Shown piece by piece: positions 26,897-35,352 of a stretch of DNA of 64,000 nucleotides. A program made the position numbers and the translations under genes. The number at the start of each line of letters is the position of its first letter. Position 1 is the stretch's first letter. Below the pieces are notes generated by a model. The model saw nothing but the letters and a program-made list of their open reading frames with translations. It was not told where the DNA came from and made no database searches. Source of the DNA: Clostridia bacterium (lineage in GTDB: Bacteria > Bacillota > Clostridia > Oscillospirales > CAG-272); NCBI GenBank assembly GCA_017415485.1, contig JAFQGP010000115.1:8135-72134 (forward strand), in the 5' to 3' direction.

Positions 26897-28132
26897 TCAA
26901 TTTGCGCCCTTGAACTTCGCGTATTCCGAAGCAATGAACTGCTCCATATAGGGCAGAACGTACTTCATGCCTTCGAGATTCAGATGGCTTACGTCGGTCG
27001 GCTCAATACAGTACTGCTTGCGGAAATTAGCGTCATTCATATTGACTCCGATGGTATTGGGATCAGCCGCGTAGAGGCAGACGATCCTCTTGTCATTGCG
27101 GTGCTCCGCGAGCTTGCGCATTGCGTTGGCGTAATCGACGTTCGAAAGTCCCGTAGCGGCGACCTTGCCCGTGTGATACCAAGGGGTCACAAGGATAATG
27201 AGCGCGTTCGGATAGGTCTTGAGCATACCGTCAAGCATAATATTGATGCTTCCCATAAAGGTCTTTGAATCGCGCGATTCGAGATCGCCGATCGGAACCT
27301 CCTTTGAGCGGTCGTTTCGTCCGCCCTCGAGGAGGATGACGTCGGCATCGCCCTTTGCCATTCTGGTATAACGCAGGACCATCGGGTTCTTGTCTGTTAC
27401 GTAATCCGACATCGTACTTCCGCCGATACCGTAATTTACGTAATCCATTCCGTACTTCTCGCCGAGCATATTTACCCAAGTTGCCTCTTTACCAAGAGAA
27501 GAACCGCCGAAATAGCTGTCACCCATAGCATACATGGTTATGCCCATAAGGATCTTGTTGAAATCATCCTGCGTTTTGAGAACAGTATAATCGTTTGCAA
27601 CCTCGAGAGACGCCGCATCGGTGCTTGCTTCTATGTATTTGACGAATTCTCTGACCGCAAGTGAGGTCAGATAATCGGTCGTACCGATAAGAACGAGCTT
27701 ATTTCCGCTGACGCAGACCTTGTACTCGCCGGGCTGAAGCGATGCGAGAACCTCGACGCTTTCGGGGCGGTTCGTCTCGCCGATAAGTATCTCGGGAGCC
27801 TCGGAAGTGTAAGTTTCGCCCTTTGCGAGTCCCTTGACCCAGTCATCCTGCGGCTTCAGGGTGACACCGTATTTGTCGGTGACAGCCTTACGCAGATCTG
27901 ACATAGCGTCGAGAATAAAACTCTGACACTCGGTGGGGCGGACGATAACGTAATCGCTGGCGCCATTCGATGCGAGAAGAAGTCCCGTGGGCACGGGCAC
28001 GGTGGTTTCTTCAACAGTTGTTTCTGCGGGGATCTCTGCCGCCGTTGTTTCTTCGCCCGAGCCTCCCGCGCAAGCCGCAAAGGAAGGAAGGATCATACAC
28101 AGAACCAAAAGTATAATCGTGATCTTTTTCAT
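26897..28132 (-). CDS. Lipoprotein: N-terminal domain of unknown function plus a C-terminal SGNH/GDSL hydrolase
   Basis: Lipobox LPSFAAC. SGNH blocks AMGDSYFGG, EGGRND and DVSHLN. Confidence 0.75.
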   Translation of the reverse strand: MKKITIILLVLCMILPSFAACAGGSGEETTAAEIPAETTVEETTVPVPTGLLLASNGASDYVIVRPTECQSFILDAMSDLRKAVTDKYGVTLKPQDDWVKGLAKGETYTSEAPEILIGETNRPESVEVLASLQPGEYKVCVSGNKLVLIGTTDYLTSLAVREFVKYIEASTDAASLEVANDYTVLKTQDDFNKILMGITMYAMGDSYFGGSSLGKEATWVNMLGEKYGMDYVNYGIGGSTMSDYVTDKNPMVLRYTRMAKGDADVILLEGGRNDRSKEVPIGDLESRDSKTFMGSINIMLDGMLKTYPNALIILVTPWYHTGKVAATGLSNVDYANAMRKLAEHRNDKRIVCLYAADPNTIGVNMNDANFRKQYCIEPTDVSHLNLEGMKYVLPYMEQFIASEYAKFKGAN

Positions 28133-28149
28133 AGTCTTTTATCCTTTCA

Positions 28150-28716
28150 TTAATTAATATCATCAAGGCGTTTTTTTATCGCCTTCATATCATTCAGCAT
28201 ATCTTCCTTGCGGCGCGGATCGCGGAGGAGTGCGGCGGGGTGGAAGACGGCGGTCATTGCGAAATCGCCCTTCTCGACCCAGGTTCCGTGCTCCTGCGTG
28301 ATCTTGTAATCGGGCTTGATGAGCCTCATAGCCGCGATCCTGCCGAGACAGACGATCACTTTCGGACGGATGAGCCTTACCTGCTCGCGGAGAAAATCTA
28401 TGCACGCGTCTTCCTCTGCGGGGAGAGGATCACGGTTCTTGGGCGGACGGCATTTGAGGATATTCGCGATATACACGTCCTCGCGCTTGATGTCAACGGC
28501 GTAAAGAAAACGGTCAAGGAGCTGTCCCGCGCGGCCGACAAAGGGAGTTCCCGAAAGATCCTCCTGCTCGCCGGGTGCTTCGCCGACGAACATCAGATCT
28601 GCATTCCTGTTACCCGTTCCGAAAACGCAATTTGTGCGCGTTTCGCAAAGGGAGCACTTCGTGCACTCGCAGCACTTCGCCTCAAGAGCTTCCCACCTTG
28701 CATCTATGTTATCCAT
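28150..28716 (-). CDS. Uracil-DNA glycosylase, family 4
   Basis: N-terminal Cys cluster ([10 protein letters not shown]), plus GEAPGEQED...PFVGRAG and FHPAALLR. Confidence 0.88.
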   Translation of the reverse strand: MDNIDARWEALEAKCCECTKCSLCETRTNCVFGTGNRNADLMFVGEAPGEQEDLSGTPFVGRAGQLLDRFLYAVDIKREDVYIANILKCRPPKNRDPLPAEEDACIDFLREQVRLIRPKVIVCLGRIAAMRLIKPDYKITQEHGTWVEKGDFAMTAVFHPAALLRDPRRKEDMLNDMKAIKKRLDDIN

Positions 28717-28778
28717 AAATCAAACCTCCGAATCGATATATAATTATTATATCAATGCTCGGAGCTTTTGTCAAGTAT

Positions 28779-29321
28779 TTATGCAAAATCCGCCAATCTC
28801 TGCACGGCATTCTCCGCAAAAATGGCACGGGCGTGCTCTTTTATGTATCCTTCGATCTTTTCGCAGTCGCGGCGGCAGCCGAATTCATTTATCACAGCCG
28901 CCTCGAGCGGCAACCGCTCGTCTCGGTCAACTTCGGGAAGGATCAAGGCAAACGCACCCTCGGGGAGCGCATAAGCAGAACTGCATTTGCCGAGACCGCG
29001 CGTGTGAAGGATGCGGCAAAGCGCGATCATCGACTGTATCGTGTCAAAAATGCAGACCGACGCGTCGGTTTCCTTTATTCCGCTCGTAAGCGCGACGCGC
29101 GTGACGAACATCTCGCAACCGCCGCCCCTCGAGGGAAAGACCTGAACGAGCAGCCGCCCGCTTTCGATATCGAATCCGCAATCATTGTGCGCCATCTCAA
29201 GCACGGGCTTGAACCCGCGCCTCAGCGCACTCTCACCGTCGCATTCGATATTGTATTTTTTCATATCTTCTGCGCTCAACATTATCTTGAGCTTCGAATT
29301 GCTTATAAGAATAAGTTCCAT
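28779..29321 (-). CDS. MecA-like adaptor protein (short form)
   Basis: 180 aa. The N-terminus [25 protein letters not shown] resembles the MecA N-terminal domain. Confidence 0.6.
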   Translation of the reverse strand: MELILISNSKLKIMLSAEDMKKYNIECDGESALRRGFKPVLEMAHNDCGFDIESGRLLVQVFPSRGGGCEMFVTRVALTSGIKETDASVCIFDTIQSMIALCRILHTRGLGKCSSAYALPEGAFALILPEVDRDERLPLEAAVINEFGCRRDCEKIEGYIKEHARAIFAENAVQRLADFA

Positions 29322-29412
29322 ATCAACCTCGCAAAAAATTTCGTTACACTATAATTATAATCTATTTTGCGACGAAATGTAACCCCTAAAAAGGTGGGAA
29401 ACTGGGAAATTA

Positions 29413-29713
29413 GTGGGCAGATCAGAGTGGACAGTGGACAGATCAGAGTGGACAGTGGACAGTGGACAGTGAACAGAAAGATGCGAATGATATTTTTATT
29501 TATCTTTTCTGTTAATTATTAAACAAATAATTTAATATATAAAACTCTCGGATATCTTGAATTCCTTCAAATATCCGAGAGTATTTTTTATTGCTTATTA
29601 CTCTTTAGTATAATACAAAAACTCTATGTTTTGCACAAAATTATTGCAGCAACCCGCATCTTTCTGTCCACTGTCCACTAACCACTGTCCACTCTTATCT
29701 GACCACTGTCCAC
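29413..29713. repeat. Palindromic intergenic element E3 (GTGGACA-heptamer arms, same family as E1)
   Basis: The left arm has (GTGGACA)n interspersed with GATCAGA and ends CAGAAAGATGCGAATGA as in E1. The right arm CTTTCTGTCCACTGTCCACTAACCACTGTCCAC is the exact reverse complement of the E1 left arm. Confidence 0.9.
29541..29589. terminator. Terminator hairpin in the E3 core
   Basis: ACTCTCGGATAT ... ATATCCGAGAGT followed by TTTTTT. It is homologous in position and sequence to the E1 core hairpin, with a TC/GA insertion pair in the stem. Confidence 0.7.
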
Positions 29714-29718
29714 TTTGC

Positions 29719-30936
29719 TTAAAACAGCTTATACTTCCCCTCCGCTCCCGCTCTCTTCTCGATTCCCGCGGTAAAATCGGGGAACGCCATGGGCGCGCCG
29801 CCTTGCTTGATCGACTGCTCGGAAAGGGGCGTTACTGCCATGAGGATAGCAGAGTCGTAAATATCTATCGGTACGGGTGTGCCGTCCTTGATCGCGGTGA
29901 TGAAGGAGTCGAGGACGAGGAAGTCCATTCCGCCGTGACCGGTCTTGATGCCCGCCTCGAGGTAGTCGCGCCAGAGCTTAGGCATATATTTTTCCTCATA
30001 CTGCGAGTAGTTGCCCCAGAAATTCTTCCACTTGAAGTGGTCGCTTTCCTGATGGTCGGCGTCGCTGTAGACCGACATATTATCCTGCATAAACCAAGCC
30101 TTTGTGCCGTGGATCTCAAGTCCGCGCGAATAGGGACGCGGCAGGGTGGTGTCGAGAGTCAGACGCACGGTCTGACCGAATTCGGTGGTAAGGATCGTTG
30201 TGATAATATCACCCTGCGCCCACTTGCCGTCGGCGTAAGTCTGGTCGCGGTCAGGGTGATTTTTGATATAAGTATCAAGTCCCGCGCTCTTGGAGGAGAA
30301 GGAGGAAACGCTTGTAAACTTATTTCCGTGACCGATGCCGAGAAGCACGTTGAGCGGACCAAGCTCGTGGGTGGGATAGTTTTCACCGCAGCGGCTGCGG
30401 TAGTTGCGGTGGCGGTAATGACGGTTTACAAGCCCCATCGAGATCTCCTCGCGAAGGTCGTGGCAATAGCCGCCGCAAAGGTGGACGATCTCGCCGAAGA
30501 AGTTGTCCGCGTTCATCGCGTAAAGAGTCTGCTCGAGTCTGCCGTAACAGCAGTTTTCAAGCATCATCGCGGGCGTGCCCGTCTCGCGGTGAGCCTCGCA
30601 AAGCTGAATGCACTCGTCGATGGAGTAAGCGCCTCCAACCTCAAAAGCAACCGGCTTGCCCGCCTTCATCGAAGCGACAGCCGCGGGAACGTGGTTTTCC
30701 CAAGCCGAGAAGACGAATACCATCTCGACTTCGGGCGAAGCGATAAGCTCCTCATAATTCAGATAGATCTTGGGATCGTGTCCGAGAGCCGCGATCTTTT
30801 CCTTCATATCGTCACATCTGTCCTGATATTCGTCGCAGATAGCGGTGACCGCGCAGTTTTCGTGCTCGGCAACAAGAGTTCCCATTGTCTTTCCGCGACA
30901 GCCGAGACCGATTATACCAACCTTGATCTTTTCCAT
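29719..30936 (-). CDS. Gfo/Idh/MocA-family NAD-dependent oxidoreductase (GH109-like)
   Basis: 405 aa. Rossmann N-terminus KVGIIGLGCRG, with a C-terminal alpha/beta domain. Confidence 0.8.
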   Translation of the reverse strand: MEKIKVGIIGLGCRGKTMGTLVAEHENCAVTAICDEYQDRCDDMKEKIAALGHDPKIYLNYEELIASPEVEMVFVFSAWENHVPAAVASMKAGKPVAFEVGGAYSIDECIQLCEAHRETGTPAMMLENCCYGRLEQTLYAMNADNFFGEIVHLCGGYCHDLREEISMGLVNRHYRHRNYRSRCGENYPTHELGPLNVLLGIGHGNKFTSVSSFSSKSAGLDTYIKNHPDRDQTYADGKWAQGDIITTILTTEFGQTVRLTLDTTLPRPYSRGLEIHGTKAWFMQDNMSVYSDADHQESDHFKWKNFWGNYSQYEEKYMPKLWRDYLEAGIKTGHGGMDFLVLDSFITAIKDGTPVPIDIYDSAILMAVTPLSEQSIKQGGAPMAFPDFTAGIEKRAGAEGKYKLF

Positions 30937-30940
30937 AGTC

Positions 30941-31984
30941 TTATACTCCCAGATACATTAAAATGAGCTCAACGGTTGCAACGAGCGCGTCGGCGTGGGT
31001 GCGCTCCATTCCGTGCGATGCGTGAACACCGGGGCCGATCAGCGCTCCGGGAACGTCGTGGCCCGCACGCCACATAGCTCCAACGTCGGAGCCGTAATAG
31101 GGGTAGAGGTCAACGCAATAAGGAAGCTCTGCCGCCTTCGCCATATCGATCAGCTTCGAGGTCAGCTCATAGTCATAAGGACCGCCCGCATCCTTTGCGC
31201 AGATCGAAAGAGTGTGCTCGTCGCACTTGAGATCCTTGCCTATGCAACCCATATCAACGGCAAGCATCGACTCGAGATTTTCGGGCACGAACGCCGCGCC
31301 GTGACCGACCTCCTCATACATCGAAACGAGGAATTTAATGTCCTTTTCGGGAACGATGCCCGCATCCTTCATAATTTTGAAGGCGGTGAGAATGCAAGCC
31401 ACGCTCGCCTTGTCGTCGATGAAGCGCGACTTGAGATAACCGCTTTCGGTAACGACGGTCTTGGGATCGAAGCATATGTAGTCGCCGTTTTCAATGCCGA
31501 GCGCGCGGGTGTCCGCCGCACTCTTTACGTTCTCGTCGAGGCGAACGTACATATTGTCTGCGTCACGCGAGCGGCTGCGCGCATCCGAATATACGTGAAC
31601 CGAGGGAGAACGCGAGAGGATAGTTCCCGTGTATCTCTTGCCCTCGCGGGTAATAACGAAGCAGTATTCACCGTCAAGCGAGTTGCAAAGAACTCCGCCG
31701 ACGGGAGCAAAATTGAGGTCACCGTTTCCGTCGATCGATCGAACCATCGCGCCGAGAGTGTCGCAATGCGCCGCAACACCGAGCGCGGAAGAATGATCCT
31801 TGCCCTCGTAAGTCATAAAGAAGCAGCTCTTCTTGGTAGCCTCAAGAGAGAGCCCCTGCTCCTCCGCAATATCCGCGAGCAGCGAAGCGATCTCGCGCGA
31901 ATATCCGCTCGGCGAAGGCACGTCCATCAGACGCTTCACGGTGTCAAAACAATATGATAAGTATTTTTCTCTGTCGAATTTCAT
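30941..31984 (-). CDS. M42-family metallopeptidase (glutamyl aminopeptidase / FrvX-like)
   Basis: 347 aa. Contains PSPSGYS and AAHCDTLG, with M42-like sequence throughout. Confidence 0.8.
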   Translation of the reverse strand: MKFDREKYLSYCFDTVKRLMDVPSPSGYSREIASLLADIAEEQGLSLEATKKSCFFMTYEGKDHSSALGVAAHCDTLGAMVRSIDGNGDLNFAPVGGVLCNSLDGEYCFVITREGKRYTGTILSRSPSVHVYSDARSRSRDADNMYVRLDENVKSAADTRALGIENGDYICFDPKTVVTESGYLKSRFIDDKASVACILTAFKIMKDAGIVPEKDIKFLVSMYEEVGHGAAFVPENLESMLAVDMGCIGKDLKCDEHTLSICAKDAGGPYDYELTSKLIDMAKAAELPYCVDLYPYYGSDVGAMWRAGHDVPGALIGPGVHASHGMERTHADALVATVELILMYLGV

Positions 31985-32028
31985 TTTATGTTCCTTTCTT
32001 TTGAGAAAAGTGTATTTTCTATAAAATC

Positions 32029-32423
32029 AGTGCGAACATAGACGCACTCGGTGTCCCCTCATCACCCGCTACGTCAGAACCCCAAAAACGCGCAAGCGCG
32101 TTTCCGGGAACCCGACGGCTGGAGCTTCTCCCAGGAGAAGCCTAAGGAAAGCTGTCGCTTTGAGCTAAATATTTCTCTGTTAGAGAAATGCTAAATTTTC
32201 GCTATGCAAAAGCTAAATACGCGCTTTGCGCGAGCTAAATATTCCGCCAAAGCGGAATGCAAAGGTAGAAATTTGCCAAGGCAAATTTCAATTTCATTTA
32301 ATTAATGATACGAATATTAGACAATACCAAACGAAGCTCACAGTAACCCCAGGCTTCTCCTGGAAGAAGCTCCCTCCGCAGAGGGTGATGAGGGGACACC
32401 CAGAAAGCTTTGTTCGCACTTGC
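32029..32423. repeat. Long palindromic intergenic element E4 (E2 arm family) with a central GCTAAAT hairpin train
   Basis: The arms GGTGTCCCCTCATCACCCGC...GGAGCTTCTCCCAGGAGAAGCC pair with their reverse complement at 32345-32423. The core at 32162-32292 has 5 hairpins separated by GCTAAAT. It is about 90% identical to E6. Confidence 0.9.
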
Positions 32424-32488
32424 TATTCTACTAAAATCGAAAATTTTCGCCTCGGCGAAAATTCACCTTAACTCTGCACTCTGAACTC

Positions 32489-33193
32489 TTAACTCTGCAC
32501 TATCTTTCGGATAATATGTCCCGCCATAATCAACCCTACCGCTCCCGGCACAAACGACAGGCTTCCCGGCGTATTTCTGCCGTTTTCGCTCTCAAGCCCT
32601 TGCGCCTTGATCGGCTCTTCGTCCGACCAGACGACGTCAAGCTTCTTGATACCTTTTTCCTTCATCTTCTTCCGCATAATTTTCGCAAGCGGGCAGACGC
32701 TCGTTTTGCTGATGTCGGATATGCGGAAACGCTCGGGATAAAGCTTGTTCCCCGCGCCCATCGAGGCAATAACGGGAACTCCCGCCGCATCTGCGCGGCA
32801 GATTAGCTCGACCTTTGCCGCGACGGTATCGACCGCGTCGGCAATGAAATCGAACTGCGAGAGGTCGATCTCGTCGGCATTTTCGGGCAGATAAAAGAGA
32901 TTGACGGGATGCACCTTACATTCGGGATTGATCGAAAGAATGCGCTCCGCCATAACCTCGGATTTTGGTCTGCCGACGGTATCCTGTGTCGCAATGATCT
33001 GGCGGTTTACGTTCGAGGTCGAAACCGTGTCGCCGTCAATGACTGTCAGCTCGCCGACCCCCGCGCGTGCCAAAGCCTCGCAAAGATGTCCGCCGACACC
33101 GCCAAGCCCGAAGACCGCAACGTGCGCCGATCTCAATCTGTTCACGCCCTCCTCGCCAAGCAAAGCCCGCGTGCGTGTATCGTCAAGTTGCAT
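32489..33193 (-). CDS. tcdA: tRNA threonylcarbamoyladenosine dehydratase (ThiF/HesA fold)
   Basis: 234 aa. Nucleotide-binding loop VFGLGGVGG, with TcdA/CsdL-like sequence. Confidence 0.85.
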   Translation of the reverse strand: MQLDDTRTRALLGEEGVNRLRSAHVAVFGLGGVGGHLCEALARAGVGELTVIDGDTVSTSNVNRQIIATQDTVGRPKSEVMAERILSINPECKVHPVNLFYLPENADEIDLSQFDFIADAVDTVAAKVELICRADAAGVPVIASMGAGNKLYPERFRISDISKTSVCPLAKIMRKKMKEKGIKKLDVVWSDEEPIKAQGLESENGRNTPGSLSFVPGAVGLIMAGHIIRKIVQS

Positions 33194-33215
33194 TTTGTCA
33201 CCTCATTTTGCCAAT

Positions 33216-33905
33216 TTATAACTCTGTCAAAACATCACCATTGAAATAATATATATTCTCTTTCTTATAACCGTAAAGCGAATCTTTTATACCGATGTGC
33301 GGCTCAAATGTAAAGAAACCGGTCTCGCTCAACTTGCGCTGATTACCTTTTTCGATATAAATTCGATCCGATTTCTTTCGTACTATGGAATGACCGAGAT
33401 TACCCAAGAAATCCAAATTGATAAAACCGTTGGAAGTTATATATTCATTCATATGATAATACAGTCCCTCAAAAGTGGTATTTCGATCAGCAAATCTCAG
33501 CAGTTCTTTATGAAGTTTTTCTTCCATAAGGAGTCCGTTTTTCCATTCAGAGTTTTGAATTACATCAATATTTTCAACAACCGCGCCATTTTCGATAATT
33601 ATTGTTCGTGCATAATCGCCCCATACAGATTCTTTTGAAGGACTCAAATCAATAGTAATAATATCACTATCTCCGATAGATTTATCGGCAGTTTTGTATT
33701 TCTTTCCCGAAACGGAAAGCGCTGTTTCATCCGATGAAAAGACAAAAGCGCCTACATCCCAATACCAAAATGAATCTGCTCCGAGCTCAAGCATTTTATT
33801 TTCGCATAAACTGCGAATATCAATAAGAGTCATTCCGGGCTTTATTTCTCCCTTTATATACTCCATCGTGAATTTCGCTATCTGTTGTACTTCTAAATTG
33901 GTCAT
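33216..33905 (-). CDS. M24-family metallopeptidase-fold protein (small, AT-rich gene)
   Basis: Start at MTNLEVQQ (33905); the upstream ORF extension reads through repeat E5. Motifs DLSP....WGDYARTI and GHSI... / FTFEPH resemble the pita-bread fold. Confidence 0.6.
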   Translation of the reverse strand: MTNLEVQQIAKFTMEYIKGEIKPGMTLIDIRSLCENKMLELGADSFWYWDVGAFVFSSDETALSVSGKKYKTADKSIGDSDIITIDLSPSKESVWGDYARTIIIENGAVVENIDVIQNSEWKNGLLMEEKLHKELLRFADRNTTFEGLYYHMNEYITSNGFINLDFLGNLGHSIVRKKSDRIYIEKGNQRKLSETGFFTFEPHIGIKDSLYGYKKENIYYFNGDVLTEL

Positions 33906-33934
33906 TTCTGTCCTTTCCGCAAATACAGACTTTG

Positions 33935-34154
33935 TCCTCCTCATCCACCACTGCCGTGGTCCCCCTTCCCCGCTGGGGAAGGCTTGTTGAGCGAGTGCTG
34001 ACATTGACTGTATGGGGTGATTTTGCAGTGCTTTTAGAAACGCTGGTAAATGCTCAATACTATTGCACTATACGATGTTCATAAGATCAAGTGAGACTAT
34101 AATTTAGCCTTCCCCAGCGGGGAAGGGGGACCACGGCAGTGGTGGATGAGGAGG
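33935..34154. repeat. Palindromic intergenic element E5 (same arm architecture as E2/E4/E6, different hairpin sequences)
   Basis: TCCTCCTCATCCACCACTGCCGTGGTCCCCCTTCCCCGCTGGGGAAGGC (33935-33983) pairs with its reverse complement at 34107-34154. Confidence 0.85.
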
Positions 34155-34347
34155 ACATTATCGCAGCAAATTGTATTCAGAAATCAAGTTGTAATGTAAT
34201 ATCGTTATAATTCTATCACAATTCCCCGAAATATGCAATAGAAATTTCAAAAGAGGTGCGTAAGTATGCAAAAAAATCTTTACAAGAGGGAAAAAATGGT
34301 GTATAATTATTCTGTATAAATATAAAATAATATTTTGAGGTGATAAT

Positions 34348-34899
34348 ATGCAAAGTATTGATATGACCGAGCGGCGCATTGACGGGCGCGAGGTCTATTC
34401 GGGCAAGATACTTCACGTTATGGTCGACCGTGTAACGCTTCCCGACGGCAAGGAGGCGACGCGCGAGTACGTCGGTCATCCCGGTGCGGTTTGCGTCGTT
34501 CCGATAAACGAAAAAGGCGAGGTGCTCTGCGTTCGTCAGTTCCGTTACACACACGGGCGCGTCTTCCTTGAAATTCCCGCGGGCAAGCTTGAGCCCGGCG
34601 AGACCGACCGACCCGCGGCGGCTCTGCGCGAGCTGCGTGAGGAAACGGGAGCCGTTTGCGAGACCTTGACTCACATCGGCGACTTCGTCCCCTCCCCCGC
34701 GATCCTCGGTGAGGTCATCTCGATGTATATTGCAGAGGGGCTTTCGATCGGCGAGACCGACCCCGATGACGACGAATTCATCGACGTTGAGGCAATTCCG
34801 CTCGACAAACTCGCCGAAATGTGCGTCTCGGGTGAGATAACCGATGGAAAAACTATCGCTGCGGTTCTTAAAGCGAAGTACATTTTTGATAAGAGATGA
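34348..34899 (+). CDS. NUDIX hydrolase, ADP-ribose pyrophosphatase type
   Basis: 183 aa. Nudix box GKLEPGETDRPAAALRELREETG. Confidence 0.85.
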   Translation: MQSIDMTERRIDGREVYSGKILHVMVDRVTLPDGKEATREYVGHPGAVCVVPINEKGEVLCVRQFRYTHGRVFLEIPAGKLEPGETDRPAAALRELREETGAVCETLTHIGDFVPSPAILGEVISMYIAEGLSIGETDPDDDEFIDVEAIPLDKLAEMCVSGEITDGKTIAAVLKAKYIFDKR

Positions 34900-34918
34900 T
34901 AATTGACTTTATCATTTA

Positions 34919-35285
34919 GCAAGTGCGAACAAAGCTTTCTGGGTGTCCCCTCATCACCCGCTACGTCAGAACCCCAAAAACGCGCAAGCGCGTTTCCGGG
35001 AACCCGACGGCGGGAGCTTCTCCCAGGAGAAGCCTAGGGAGTCTAACGCCTTGAGCTAAATATTTCTCTCTTAGAGAAATGCTAAATTTTTGCTATGCAA
35101 AAGCTAAATTCGCGCTTTGCGCGAGCTAAATATTCCGCTAAAGCGGAATGCAAAGGTAGAAATTTGCCAATGCAAATTTCAATTTAATAAATAATTCGAA
35201 GATTCGAGAATTCCAAACGAAGCTCACAGTAACCCCAGGCTTCTCCTGGGAGAAGCTCCCGCCGCAGCGGGTGATGAGGGGACAC
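34919..35285. repeat. Long palindromic intergenic element E6 (near-copy of E4, same orientation)
   Basis: Same arms as E4, and the same GCTAAAT hairpin train at 35053-35183. Confidence 0.9.
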
Positions 35286-35352
35286 CGTTTGTGCCCAATG
35301 AACACAAGTGAATATTCACTTTAACGATAAAAATTAATCAAGGAGTCCCAAA

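Noticed and set aside
32226-32471. ORFs lying wholly inside repeat elements: 32226-32471, 34216-34674, 38402-38866, 38666-38869, 38871-39182, 44480-44917, 44666-44962 and 44749-44949.
   Set aside because: Their reading frames are created by the palindromic repeats, and both strands give ORFs. They have no RBS and their composition follows the hairpins. The one exception kept as a weak CDS is 38905-39114, which lies in the AT-rich cargo, not in the repeat.
33906-34004. The N-terminal extension of the M24 ORF (MSALAQQAFPSGEGGPRQWWMRRTKSV...). The same issue affects lspA (10615-10671), queA (21988-22128), dapA (21941-22081) and the ATPase (24223-24330).
   Set aside because: The extensions read through repeat arms or AT-rich promoter DNA. 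Internal starts have RBSs and match the N-termini I recall for these families.
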